Positions 18,887 to 28,540 of a stretch of 32,781 nucleotides of DNA are shown here, piece after piece. The number at the start of each line of letters is the position of its first letter. Within the stretch, counting starts at the first letter, position 1. This stretch comes from an uncultured Spirochaetaceae bacterium (GTDB lineage Bacteria; Spirochaetota; Spirochaetia; Sphaerochaetales; Sphaerochaetaceae). A program made the position numbers and the translations under genes. Location of the stretch: contig CAMOXM010000003.1 in NCBI GenBank assembly GCA_946629155.1, positions 1 to 32,781 on the forward strand. Direction: 5' to 3'. The notes under the pieces were generated by a model. It ran no database searches. It had not been told where the DNA came from and saw nothing but the letters and a program-made list of their open reading frames with translations.

Positions 18887-19486
18887 ATGCTGAACAGAAA
18901 AATATTGTTTTTCGTTTTGCTTTCGGGTGTGTGCGCATCTGCGTTTTCGATGAATTTAGGAGCGTCGGCGTCTCAGCAAGAGGTCACGACTGCCCAGCCA
19001 GGTGGTGCCGCCGTATATCAGTCGCCGGTCGAAGAGGGGTTCAAACTCGGATTCGGAATCGGTATTTATGGGACTTTCGACGGTGAAAAAGTGGTTCATT
19101 TCGGAGGAATGCCATCGGTTAGCGTTCAGACGAGCATAATCAAGGATGTGGCATCTTTGGGCATCGGCGCTGAATTTGCGAATGTTTCAGGCTCTGATAC
19201 CAGGAGGAAAATGCTTTTCGAGTTGAAGGTTCGAGATGAGTTCTTGTTCAAGATAATGAGGGCGACGCCTCAGAACCAATATAACGACACCTATCTCGGA
19301 TTGGTCGGCGAATACAAGCTTGTCACCAATTCCGCAGATCCGACTATGTATATGCTGGGTGCGGTCTTAAGAAGCGAAGGAACCAAGACGCCGTTATACG
19401 GGACGGCCGATCTCGGCATAGCATGGTATAAGGATAGCTCCGACGTCTGCTTTGTCGGGTCATTGGGCATAGGAGCAAGGTTCTAG
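18887..19486 (+). CDS. small outer-membrane beta-barrel protein (OmpW/OmpA-like) with signal peptide
   Basis: Signal peptide MLNRKILFFVLLSGVCASAFS, Gly/aromatic-rich alternating pattern, and a C-terminal ...GARF with terminal Phe. Confidence 0.55.
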   Translation: MLNRKILFFVLLSGVCASAFSMNLGASASQQEVTTAQPGGAAVYQSPVEEGFKLGFGIGIYGTFDGEKVVHFGGMPSVSVQTSIIKDVASLGIGAEFANVSGSDTRRKMLFELKVRDEFLFKIMRATPQNQYNDTYLGLVGEYKLVTNSADPTMYMLGAVLRSEGTKTPLYGTADLGIAWYKDSSDVCFVGSLGIGARF

Positions 19487-19528
19487 TTCTATCGCCTTAA
19501 GCAAGATTGCTTGATCACATAAAATTTT

Positions 19529-19557
19529 GGCTTCCTCTTTGATGGGGAAGCTTTTTT
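19529..19557 (+). terminator. Rho-independent terminator
   Basis: GGCTTCCTC...GGGGAAGC stem followed by T6 after the OMP stop. Confidence 0.55.
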
Positions 19558-19590
19558 ATTTTATTATTGAGACCTTTTTCAAAATTTCTT

Positions 19591-19832
19591 GGCTATGTCC
19601 GAAAGTTCGACTGATAGGACAGGGCCGTGGAGCCGGAGAGGTGCCGGAGAGGCGCGTTTCGGGGAGGAAACCCTAATGCAGGATGAGGCTTTGTATCTTA
19701 CGGTGCTTCGCATCCGCGATTACGTTGTATGCCTATCCAAATGGGTTTTTGCCCTGGAGCGCGCATATCCGACGCATATCCGGCGACTGGATATGGCTGA
19801 ATAAATGATCAGTCATTTATTCGGACATAGCC
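19591..19832. repeat. GC-rich ~242-bp segment bounded by a perfect 13-bp inverted repeat (GGCTATGTCCGAA / TTCGGACATAGCC); candidate MITE or structured RNA
   Basis: Terminal inverted repeats are exact. Inside are direct repeats GCCGGAGAGG x2 and GCATATCCG x2, and a 10-bp-arm palindrome GAATAAATGA-TCAG-TCATTTATTC at 19799-19822. Confidence 0.4.
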
Positions 19833-19882
19833 GGATTTTTCGCACTTGTGACAATTCCGCGTTTTTGTCGTCTATAAATGGT

Positions 19883-21433
19883 ATGTGTGATTTTATATGT
19901 GGCGAAAAGGAAACGTTGGGCAAGAAGCCTTATGAAATTGACAATCATATTGTAGCCCGCCTCGGCGTTCCGTCGCTTCGCCCCCAGCAGCGGCAGGTGC
20001 TGGAGAAGGTTATGGGATGCTACGACGACGTTTTCGCTGTTCTTCCTACGGGAGCGGGCAAAACGCTGTGCTTCATGTATTATGCGCTCGCTTGCGGAGG
20101 GGTGGTGGTGATCGTTTACCCTTTGCTGTCCCTTATGAACGATCAGATCAGGCGCTTCAGGAAGGCGGGCATAGATGTTGCGGTTTTGCGTGGAGGCCAG
20201 ACTAAAGGTCAGAGGGCGGATGCCCTGTCCGCTATCGGCTCCGGGCGTGTTAAGGTCGTGATGACAAACCCCGAAACGCTTATGCAGGAGCAGGTGCTGA
20301 ATTCGCTCGCCAAATTGACGGGTGCAAGCGTGGTTTTCGATGAGGCTCATACGATTCCGCAATGGGGTGATACGTTCAGACCCGCAATGTTGCGTCTTGG
20401 CGATGCTCTGGCGCTTTTGGATGTAAAGAGGGTCTTGGCATTCACAGCTACGGCCAATGAGGAAACGATATCCGGCTTTGCCAGGATTTTGCATAGGCCG
20501 CGCTCGCTAACAAGGCTGACGTTCAGTTCGGATAGGAAGAATATAGAATACAGGCGCGCTATTGCTGTTTCGAGGATGCAGGCGATTGCCGCTATTCTTG
20601 CATCTTGTGAGAGACCGTGCGTTGTTTTCTGCAACAGCAGAACCAAGGTGGAGGCACTTGGAAATTTCATAAGGTCAAAATACCCGGATTATCCTGTCGG
20701 ATGCTATCATGCTGGATTCGGCAAGAAGGAGCGTGAGCGAATCGAGGATTGGTTCAGATATTCCGACGATGCGGTTCTGGTGGCGACATGCGCCTATGGG
20801 ATGGGCATGGATAAGAGCAATATAAGGACATCCATTCATTTTTGCTTGCCGGACAGTGTGTCGGCGTTTCTCCAGGAGTCGGGTAGAATCGGCAGGGACG
20901 GCGACCCGAGCGTGTCGTGGGCGATAGTCAAGCGCAGTGAAATGATGTTTTGCAAATCAGAGAAGCGCATGTTCCTGCTCTCGACGTTTTTAGGTGGCGA
21001 TTGCATTAGAGCGACTCTTTTGGCGGAAATGGGGGAAAGGCTTGAAACGATTGAACTTTCGGAAAGCAAGGGTCGTGGGTGCCATTCTTGCGATGTCTGT
21101 TTGAATAGGCGTGAAAAGGATGCTTTGGGCGAAATGATAGCGGATTTCATGCGTAAGACTAGATGCGTCTTTAATGAGAATGCTGCGATATTGGCTCTTA
21201 TCGGGACGAGAAGCAAGGTTGTTCCTTGCAGTTGGCTGATTCCATGCTTCGGCGCATTGAAGGATATCGATAGGCGCATGGTATTCGAGGGCGTGCACGA
21301 GGCGTACTTGATTCGGAAATCGAATAGGAGACATTTACGGAAACGTTTTTCTATTTTGGCGAAGATTTGTATGATATTGAATGGCGTTGGCAAAAAAAAT
21401 AAAATTGGATATCAGGTGAACAACTATGGCTGA
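19883..21433 (+). CDS. RecQ-family DNA helicase (short form with zinc-binding RQC, no HRDC); start uncertain
   Basis: Motif I PTGAGKTLCF, DEAH box VVFDEAH, motif VI QESGRIGRDG and a C-x-C-D-x-C zinc motif (CHSCDVC). The ORF-track start 19805 lies inside the inverted-repeat element, so the ATG at 19883 was chosen. Confidence 0.8.
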   Translation: MCDFICGEKETLGKKPYEIDNHIVARLGVPSLRPQQRQVLEKVMGCYDDVFAVLPTGAGKTLCFMYYALACGGVVVIVYPLLSLMNDQIRRFRKAGIDVAVLRGGQTKGQRADALSAIGSGRVKVVMTNPETLMQEQVLNSLAKLTGASVVFDEAHTIPQWGDTFRPAMLRLGDALALLDVKRVLAFTATANEETISGFARILHRPRSLTRLTFSSDRKNIEYRRAIAVSRMQAIAAILASCERPCVVFCNSRTKVEALGNFIRSKYPDYPVGCYHAGFGKKERERIEDWFRYSDDAVLVATCAYGMGMDKSNIRTSIHFCLPDSVSAFLQESGRIGRDGDPSVSWAIVKRSEMMFCKSEKRMFLLSTFLGGDCIRATLLAEMGERLETIELSESKGRGCHSCDVCLNRREKDALGEMIADFMRKTRCVFNENAAILALIGTRSKVVPCSWLIPCFGALKDIDRRMVFEGVHEAYLIRKSNRRHLRKRFSILAKICMILNGVGKKNKIGYQVNNYG

Positions 21434-22412
21434 ATTGAAAAAGATATCGTACGAGAAGACAAACAGGTTCGTCTTGTTCCTTAAAATGCTGAAAGGCGTC
21501 AGCAACAATGCTATCGAGAGGCTCGTTCAGGACTTTTCTTTGGATGGATTGCCCGATGTCTATGACAGGGCCGTTCTCGATGCTTTTATGGAAAAGGTGT
21601 CGGAAATCAATAAAAGCGATCGGAAGCAGGCTTTTGATTTTTCGAGGATGGAGCGAAGTCAGGTAGATGAGGCGTTGGAGAAATGCAGGCATTGCGAGGA
21701 AGTGTTGAAGAACAGCAATGCTTCGTATTGCACGAGATTTGATGATGTCTATCCATGGCAGATAAGGGATAGCAGGTATTTGTGCCTTGGCGGAGGCAAG
21801 ATGTTAAGTAGCGTCATTCCAAGCGTTTTGTATTGCAAAGGTGATGTCGGCACGGCTTTTTCCACTGTCAAGGCGTGTGCTGTCGTCGGTGCGAAGCAAT
21901 GCTCCGAATATGCCATTGAAGCAGGCAGGAAGGTTTCCGCATCGGCTGTGTCCAAGGGTTACGCGGTTGTCGGAGGGCTTATGCCCGGATGCGAAACAGC
22001 AGGGCATGAAGGCTGTTTGCAAGCAGGGGGAAAGACCATCGCGGTTATGGCTTCCGGCATCGACAACGCTTGTCCTCCTCAGGACTCTGACCTTGCTGAA
22101 AGAATTGTTTCCAAAGGCGGCCTTTTGCTATCGGAACAGCATCCCGGAACATCCTTCACTTCCTTTTCGCTAATGGGGCGCAACAGGATTCAAGCGTTGC
22201 TTTCCGATAAGGTGATAGTCTTGCAGTCTCCTATCAAGGGCGAGGCCATGAATGTTGCCAAGAATGCCTATGAGTTCGGAAAACAGGTTTATGTTCTTGA
22301 TCCTAAGATATTCGGGCCCGAAGACGATGCTAGCGGAAATGCAGAGCTGGTCTCGAAATTCGGCGCGAAGAAATTCACCCTCGACGATTTGGAACGAGTC
22401 ATTAAATTTTGA
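21426..22412 (+). CDS. dprA: DNA processing protein DprA (Smf)
   Basis: DprA Rossmann-fold signature AVVGAK...[16 protein letters not shown]...[16 protein letters not shown]...LLSEQHPGT; N-terminal SAM-like region. It overlaps the recQ-like stop by 8 nt. Confidence 0.8.
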   Translation: MAELKKISYEKTNRFVLFLKMLKGVSNNAIERLVQDFSLDGLPDVYDRAVLDAFMEKVSEINKSDRKQAFDFSRMERSQVDEALEKCRHCEEVLKNSNASYCTRFDDVYPWQIRDSRYLCLGGGKMLSSVIPSVLYCKGDVGTAFSTVKACAVVGAKQCSEYAIEAGRKVSASAVSKGYAVVGGLMPGCETAGHEGCLQAGGKTIAVMASGIDNACPPQDSDLAERIVSKGGLLLSEQHPGTSFTSFSLMGRNRIQALLSDKVIVLQSPIKGEAMNVAKNAYEFGKQVYVLDPKIFGPEDDASGNAELVSKFGAKKFTLDDLERVIKF

Positions 22413-22430
22413 AGAGACTCTGAATGACCG

Positions 22431-24950
22431 ATGCAAGATAAAAGCGGGAAGCCCGATAAAATCATAGTCAGGGGCGCAAGAGTCCATAACCTCAAGAACA
22501 TAGATGTAGAAATACCGTTGAACAAGATCGTCGGCATAGCCGGCGTTTCAGGTTCGGGAAAATCCTCTTTGGCGCTTGGGGTGTTGTATGCTGAAGGTTC
22601 GAGAAGGTATTTGGAATCGCTTTCCACATACACCAGAAGGAGAATGACGCAGGCTGCGAAGGCGGATGTGGACGAGCTTCTATATGTTCCGGCTTCGCTT
22701 GCATTGCATCAAAGGCCTGCCGTGCCCAACATACGCTCGACCTTCGGAACTGGAACGGAATTGCTGAACAGCCTGAGATTGATGTTCTCACGCCTTTCAA
22801 GCCATAAATGCCCTAACGGTCATTATCTGGAGCCGTCTCTGAATGTCGCAGCGGAACGCGAATTGGCTTGTCCGGTTTGCGGCGAGCGATTTTACGCTCC
22901 TGGCGCAGAGGAGCTTGCCTTCAATTCCCAAGGGGCGTGCCCGAAATGCGATGGCGTAGGGACCGTGCGGACTGTTGATGAATCCACGCTTGTTCCAGAT
23001 GAAACCCTTACGATCGATGAAGGAGCCGTTCTGCCTTGGCAGACTCTCATGTGGTCTTTGATGAAGGACATAGCGCGCGAGCTGGGCGTCAGGACCGATG
23101 TGCCGTTCAACAAGCTTTCCAAGAAAGAGCGGGACATAGTCTTTTACGGCGAGCCTAAGAAGCATCACATGGTTTACCAGATGAAAACGGGCGACGCCGG
23201 TGAAATGGATTTCACCTACTACAATGCCATCTACACGGTTGAAAACGCCTTGTCGAGAGTCAAAGACGAAAAGGGGATGAAGCGCGTTGAGAAATTCCTG
23301 AAGGAAGGCGTATGCCCCGAATGCCATGGAACAAGGCTTTCCGAGAAAGCAAGAGGTCCCAGGTTGAGAGGCATCTCGCTTGATGAAGTCTGCAAGATGA
23401 CATTGTCGGATGCCATAGATTGGGTGCGGGGCGTGCCGTGTAGCTTGCCTTCGGAGATGAGAGCAATGGCGGAATCCATTTGCGAATCGTTTTTCACGGT
23501 GGCGAAAAGGCTGATTGATTTGGGCTTAGGCTATCTGACGCTTGATAGGGCTGCCTCGACGTTATCCACTGGCGAAAGGCAGAGGATGCAGTTGGCTCGT
23601 TCCGTCAGAAACAGGACGACGGGCGTTCTCTATGTTCTTGACGAGCCTTCGATCGGTTTGCATCCCGCGAACATCAAAGGTTTGAATGCGGTGATGCATG
23701 ACCTTGTGTCCGATGGAAATTCAGTAATTCTAGTGGATCACGATACGAACATTTTGTCCGAAGCCGATTGGATAATCGAATTGGGACCTGATTCGGGCAG
23801 AAACGGCGGTCATGTGATAAACGAGGGAACGATTGGCGATACCATAAGGAACGAACGTTCTAAAATCGCTCCGTTCTTGTCCGGCAAGGCAAACAGGACG
23901 ATTCGTCTGAAACTTGATGAGGATGTTTTCAAATATGGGGAAATATTCCTTTCAACAGATAGAATTCATACTGTCCGACCATTAGAAGCCAGAATTCCGA
24001 AAGGGAGGATGACTGTCGTAACGGGAGTTTCCGGATCGGGAAAGACGACATTCGTGTTGGAAAGCCTTGTTCCAGCCGTTCGAAGCAAGCTGTCAGGCGA
24101 CAAGCTGCCGCAGCACATAAAGGACATTCGCGCCGAGGGTATAAGGCAGATAAAGCTTATAGATGCGACGCCTATAGGGGTGAACATCCGTTCGACAGTC
24201 GCTACTTATGCGAATGTTCACGATGAATTGCGCAGAGTTTTTTCAAAGATGAAGAGTTCGGCTGACCTGAACTACAAGGCAGGCGACTTCTCATACAATA
24301 CAGGATGCTTGAGGTGCCCGACTTGCGATGGAGCGGGCAGCATAAGTCTTGATGTCCAATTCTTGCCTGATGTCGACATACCGTGTCCCGATTGCCATGG
24401 GTCGAGGTATTCCAAAGAATCCGAAAAGGTAAGATACGTTGTCAAAAGCGCCGTCAAGCCGAACGAGGAATACACGATTTCGCAGATAATGGCAATGGAT
24501 ATAAACAGCGCATTCGGAGTGTTGAAGGATATCGCCCCCATAAGGCAGAAACTGAAGGTGCTGAAGGATTTGGGCTTGGGTTATTTGACATTGGGCGAAG
24601 CTACGCCGAGCTTGTCCGGAGGGGAGGCGCAAAGGTTGAAGCTGGCTTCGGAGATGGGGAAAACGCAATCCGATGCGATATTCGTTTTCGACGAGCCTAC
24701 GATAGGACTTCATCCGCTTGATGTCCAATCCTTGCTTGCTGTGTTTCAAAGGCTTATTGATAGTGGTGCCACCGTCGTCGTCATCGAACATGACTTGGAT
24801 GTGATAGGAAACGCCGATTACATCATAGATATGGGTCCCGATGGCGGCGATAAAGGCGGTGAAATCGTCTATGCTGGGACTCCTGAGGGAATATGTGGAT
24901 GCGAGAGAAGCCAGACAGGGAAGTATTTGGGGATGTTTCTGTCTGAGTAG
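22431..24950 (+). CDS. UvrA paralog, class II (lacks UvrB-binding domain)
   Basis: N-terminal [36 protein letters not shown]; two ABC modules; zinc fingers CPVCG and CPKCDG. Only ~30 residues sit where canonical UvrA has the ~140-residue UvrB-binding domain. 839 aa. Confidence 0.8.
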   Translation: MQDKSGKPDKIIVRGARVHNLKNIDVEIPLNKIVGIAGVSGSGKSSLALGVLYAEGSRRYLESLSTYTRRRMTQAAKADVDELLYVPASLALHQRPAVPNIRSTFGTGTELLNSLRLMFSRLSSHKCPNGHYLEPSLNVAAERELACPVCGERFYAPGAEELAFNSQGACPKCDGVGTVRTVDESTLVPDETLTIDEGAVLPWQTLMWSLMKDIARELGVRTDVPFNKLSKKERDIVFYGEPKKHHMVYQMKTGDAGEMDFTYYNAIYTVENALSRVKDEKGMKRVEKFLKEGVCPECHGTRLSEKARGPRLRGISLDEVCKMTLSDAIDWVRGVPCSLPSEMRAMAESICESFFTVAKRLIDLGLGYLTLDRAASTLSTGERQRMQLARSVRNRTTGVLYVLDEPSIGLHPANIKGLNAVMHDLVSDGNSVILVDHDTNILSEADWIIELGPDSGRNGGHVINEGTIGDTIRNERSKIAPFLSGKANRTIRLKLDEDVFKYGEIFLSTDRIHTVRPLEARIPKGRMTVVTGVSGSGKTTFVLESLVPAVRSKLSGDKLPQHIKDIRAEGIRQIKLIDATPIGVNIRSTVATYANVHDELRRVFSKMKSSADLNYKAGDFSYNTGCLRCPTCDGAGSISLDVQFLPDVDIPCPDCHGSRYSKESEKVRYVVKSAVKPNEEYTISQIMAMDINSAFGVLKDIAPIRQKLKVLKDLGLGYLTLGEATPSLSGGEAQRLKLASEMGKTQSDAIFVFDEPTIGLHPLDVQSLLAVFQRLIDSGATVVVIEHDLDVIGNADYIIDMGPDGGDKGGEIVYAGTPEGICGCERSQTGKYLGMFLSE

Positions 24951-25013
24951 AGAATTTTTCATCGGATAGAAGATGACGTAATTTTTGAAAAACTAAAAGA
25001 TAAAGCGTAATAC

Positions 25014-25043
25014 TTGTCAATTATACATCTTTAGGAGTATAAT
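25014..25043 (+). promoter_or_regulatory. sigma70-like promoter TTGTCA-18-TATAAT before DUF3990 copy 1
   Basis: Hexamers read directly; AGGAG at 25033-25037; the ATG is at 25050. Confidence 0.35.
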
Positions 25044-25049
25044 AGTGTT

Positions 25050-25728
25050 ATGAAAAAGACAATCTATCATGGTTCGAACTCAATCATCGAGAAACCTGTT
25101 TTCGGATACGGAAAGGTTCGCAACGATTATGGATTGGGCTTTTATTGTACGGAAGAATTAGATATGGCAAAAGAGTGGGGCGTTTCAAAAAATGCCGGTG
25201 GATATGCCAACATTTACAAAATCGAAATGGACGGGCTTCTGTTTTTGATTTGAATTCTGATGAATGCACAATTCTTCATTGGCTTGTGATTCTTCTTGAG
25301 AACAGGACTTTTGATATCAGCTCCGCACTTGCGCAAGAGGCAAAAAGAGCTATCTTATTAAAAACTTTTCCACGCCTTATGAAGATTATGATATCATCAC
25401 TGGCTATCGTGCGGATGATAGTTATTTTTCGTTCGCCCAGGATTTTATCAATGGCACTATTTCCGTGCGGAACTTGGGCAATGCAATGAAATTGGGAAGG
25501 CTTGGGAATCAGTTTGTCTTAAAAAGCAGGAAGGCTTTTGAAGCAATTCACTTTGTCGGTTTCGAAGCGGCAGAATCTTCCGTATGGTTTGCAAGGAAAG
25601 AGAATAGAGACATGAGCGCGCGCCGGCAGTATCTCGATGGCGAGAGAAACAAGAGGCAGTCTGGTGATTTGTATATTGTCCAAATTCTGGAGGAGGGGAT
25701 TAAAGCCGATGATCCGCGCTTACGATAA
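25050..25728 (+). pseudogene. DUF3990-family gene, frameshifted (three reading-frame pieces)
   Basis: Pieces at 25050-25253, ~25236-25385 and ~25380-25728 each align to the intact paralog 27047-27745 (YHGS, DYGxGFYCT, GYRADDSYFS, ADDPR). Both shifts sit at homopolymer runs. Confidence 0.65.
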
Positions 25729-26338
25729 GAGCTATCTTTCAAAGGCTCAATCTTCACTCGCTTCAATGCTCGATTTCGCAATTTACGATTTGAAGCAGGA
25801 GCTTGAGGAATTTTATAAGAAATTTTTGGAATCAAACATATCGAAACGATTTGAATCAGGCGAATCATCGGTAATCGCCGGAAAGTCGGGTGTTGAGCTT
25901 GCACTTGAGGTTATGGGGGACGAGGGGCTTGCAAAGGAATATCGTCCGGTTGCGAATCGAAGTCCGGAGTATTGGACTGGATGGGCTCTCGCTTATTTTC
26001 AATGGCAGACCAATCTTACTTTCGGGCAGATAAATTCGTTCGTTCCGATTGCGGAAGTGCTTGCCATGTATAACCCTTATCACGAAATGGATATCTCCCA
26101 ATTTTGCGACAAGATGACGGAGCTTTACAATTCCAGGAAGCATGAAACGAATCTGAAAAGATACCGTCTTGCTGCTGGCCTTTCCCAAAACGAATTAGCC
26201 GAAGTGTCCGGCGTTCGAGTTCGAACGATTCAGCAATACGAGCAGAGGGTGAAAAACATAAACGCTGCTAGGGCGGAAAGCGTCATCGCCTTGTCGAAAG
26301 CCCTTAATTGCCCGGTCGAAATGCTGATGGAGGTGTAG
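25709..26338 (+). CDS. DUF3791-like N-domain fused to XRE-type HTH (partner of DUF3990)
   Basis: Paralog of 27711-28358 (MIRAY..., SPEYWTGWALAYFQW, C-terminal HTH LAAGLSQNELAEVSGVRVRTIQQYEQ). The start ATG sits inside GATGATCC, overlapping the upstream ORF end. Confidence 0.7.
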   Translation: MIRAYDKSYLSKAQSSLASMLDFAIYDLKQELEEFYKKFLESNISKRFESGESSVIAGKSGVELALEVMGDEGLAKEYRPVANRSPEYWTGWALAYFQWQTNLTFGQINSFVPIAEVLAMYNPYHEMDISQFCDKMTELYNSRKHETNLKRYRLAAGLSQNELAEVSGVRVRTIQQYEQRVKNINAARAESVIALSKALNCPVEMLMEV

Positions 26339-26385
26339 TGGAATAATTTTTGCGAAATCGGAACTGTGGTCTTCAGGAGCGCCCT

Positions 26386-26634
26386 TTAGATAGGTTTCGC
26401 AACTTTTTCGACATCGCTTGTCGTCATCTCTAGGTATTTCGCCACGCTGTAGAGCGGGATGCCGAGGCCGAATGGGTCGAAGCCGCAGAGGAACAGCACG
26501 TACGAATCGCGTATGCTCTGATAGTCGCCGCCCTTTGCGAGCATCCCGATGTCCATCAGGCTGGCCGACTCCAGCCAGCGCCTGAAGGCCGCGTTGTCCG
26601 CCTCTACCGCTTTGGCGAAGCCTGCCGGTTTCAA
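26386..26634 (-). CDS. small hypothetical ORF (82 aa), GC-rich and antisense to the neighbouring genes; possibly a gene remnant
   Basis: The only plausible minus-strand ORF in the window. Local GC is well above its flanks. Its start abuts MITE copy B. Confidence 0.3.
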   Translation of the reverse strand: MKPAGFAKAVEADNAAFRRWLESASLMDIGMLAKGGDYQSIRDSYVLFLCGFDPFGLGIPLYSVAKYLEMTTSDVEKVAKPI

Positions 26635-26640
26635 GTCATA

Positions 26641-26802
26641 AGGGCGCTTCTAAAAACCTGCTGTCTAGAGAGCGCCTGTGGATTTCGGAATCGGAAAAGC
26701 GTCCGGAAATCGCATGATACTGTCGTATTTTGCTATTTTCGGGCGATTTTCAGAGCCGAAAGGTATAGGCGAAATCGGACTCTGAGGGTTTTAGAAGTGC
26801 CT
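26641..26802 (-). repeat. MITE-like element copy B (162 bp), inverted relative to copy C
   Basis: Terminal repeats AGGGCGCTTCTAAAAAC ... GTTTTAGAAGTGCCT. The interior is ~85% identical to the reverse complement of 31415-31579. Confidence 0.75.
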
Positions 26803-26889
26803 ATAATATATCCTTTCACAACGCTTTTTTCAAGGTAAGCTGCGTCTCCTATATATTATGTCCCTGAAAATGCGTGATTGTCCCTAAAC

Positions 26890-26919
26890 TTGTCAAAATT
26901 TTTGGTGAGATAGTATTTA
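26890..26919 (+). promoter_or_regulatory. candidate promoter (TTGTCA-16-TAGTAT) with downstream small palindromes (ATCGTT-GT-AACGAT) in a ~130-nt leader before DUF3990 copy 2
   Basis: Hexamers and palindromes read directly. The palindromes are a possible operator for the HTH partner. Confidence 0.3.
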
Positions 26920-27046
26920 TTTGGATAGAGTATAGTAGAAAAAGGTTTTAATAAATCAGCACACCCCTCGACAAAGTATCGTTGTAACGATATAATAATG
27001 TAACGTCGATGAAAATTCTCACGATATTCGCAAAAGGAGAAATGGC

Positions 27047-27745
27047 ATGGCGATCATCAGGCTTTTTCATGGTTCGGATCATATTGTAAAAAGGCCGGAT
27101 TTATCTGCAGCCAGGCCGGCGAATGATTACGGCAAAGGATTCTATTGCACGTTTTCTTTGGAAATGGCGAAGGAGTGGGCATGCAAGAAGAACACCGACG
27201 GTTTTGCGAATGAGTATGCTTTTGACGACGAAGGACTTAGAATCTTGAATTTGCTTGACGGAAAGCATACCGTTCTTAATTGGATAGCCTTATTGCTGAA
27301 ACATCGTGTTTTTGTCATAAATGATGAGATTGCTTTGGACGCAAAGGACTATATCATAGATAATTTTTCCGTGGATACGACTGGATATGACGTTATCAAA
27401 GGGTACAGGGCGGATGATTCGTATTTTTCTTATGCGCAGTCATTTGTTCACAATGCATTGCCTTTGCGTTGCTTGGGCAGGGCTTTAAGACTTGGTGAGC
27501 TTGGAGAGCAAACGGCTCTTGTTTCGGAAAAGGCATTCGATCGGATCGAGTTCGTATTGGCAGAGCCGGTAAGCAAAGAGATTTATTATCCTAAGTTCGT
27601 CGCACGCGATACCAGTGCCCGAACAGCATATAGCGAAGAGATTAAGAGGGGCAGGTCTTATCGTGATGATATTTTCGTGATGGATATCATAAGGGGAGAA
27701 GTTAAGAGCGATGATCCGCGCATACAATGCATTATACTTAAGTGA
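27047..27745 (+). CDS. DUF3990-family protein (intact copy)
   Basis: 232 aa; conserved LFHGS, NDYGKGFYCT, GYRADDSYFSYAQ and SDDPR blocks shared with the degraded copy. Ribosome-binding site AAAGGAG. Confidence 0.75.
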   Translation: MAIIRLFHGSDHIVKRPDLSAARPANDYGKGFYCTFSLEMAKEWACKKNTDGFANEYAFDDEGLRILNLLDGKHTVLNWIALLLKHRVFVINDEIALDAKDYIIDNFSVDTTGYDVIKGYRADDSYFSYAQSFVHNALPLRCLGRALRLGELGEQTALVSEKAFDRIEFVLAEPVSKEIYYPKFVARDTSARTAYSEEIKRGRSYRDDIFVMDIIRGEVKSDDPRIQCIILK

Positions 27746-28358
27746 TGCTCAAATTTTTCTTGCCAATGCGTTTGATTATGCATTGAACGACTGCGGCCAG
27801 GAGCCGGATTGGTTCGGGTTTGTTTTCGCTCGCTCCGCCATATGCAGACGATTCGAAACGGGAAGCCCTGCAGTCATATCGGGCAAGTCGGGCAAAGAGG
27901 ACGTGAGAGAGCTGCTGCAGACGATTGTGCCCGATGAAGAATTTCCGCCGGCATCTTTTTCGCAGGAACGGTCGTCTGCTTATTGGGCTGGATGGGCGCT
28001 TGCATATTATCAGTGGTTTACAGTAAAACGATTTAAAGACATTTTCATCCGTGTTCCGCTTTCGGAAATCCTATTGATGCATAAGCTTTACCATGAGATG
28101 GATTTGACCAATTTCGTCGAGGAATTAGATAGGAGATATGATTCGGTTGTCTTGGAAACGAAATTGAAGAAGATACGGGAATCCAGAGGGCTATCGCAAG
28201 CACAGCTTGCTGAAATGTCTGGAGTGGCCAAGCGTTCCATACAGCTATATGAGCAGAGAGTAAACGATATAGACAAATCCCAAGGTCAAACTTTGTATAA
28301 GCTCTCAAGAGTGCTAGGCTGCGACATAGAGGATTTGCTGGAAAGCCCGGAAAAATAG
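27711..28358 (+). CDS. DUF3791-like N-domain fused to XRE-type HTH (partner of DUF3990)
   Basis: It overlaps the DUF3990 3' end by 35 nt. The C-terminal classic XRE HTH is LSQAQLAEMSGVAKRSIQLYEQ. Confidence 0.75.
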   Translation: MIRAYNALYLSDAQIFLANAFDYALNDCGQEPDWFGFVFARSAICRRFETGSPAVISGKSGKEDVRELLQTIVPDEEFPPASFSQERSSAYWAGWALAYYQWFTVKRFKDIFIRVPLSEILLMHKLYHEMDLTNFVEELDRRYDSVVLETKLKKIRESRGLSQAQLAEMSGVAKRSIQLYEQRVNDIDKSQGQTLYKLSRVLGCDIEDLLESPEK

Positions 28359-28540
28359 GCCATATACGGTCGCCGGATACGCGCCGAATATGTGCGCCTC
28401 GGAACGAAAACCCATTAGGATAGGCACGAAGCCTCATCCTGCATTGGGATTTACGTTCCAGTTTGAAAGAGCAAGCAGCATGAAGAAGACCATTCTGCAG
28501 GCGAGAGATTCTTAGGGAAGATATGCCTGACCATAGAACC

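Noticed and set aside
19589-19882. The 71-aa ORF at 19589-19804 and the N-terminal 26 codons of the recQ ORF (19805-19882)
   Set aside because: Both are made of the inverted-repeat-bounded GC-rich element and its terminal palindrome. The RecQ homology only begins after ~19930, so the helicase start was set at 19883.
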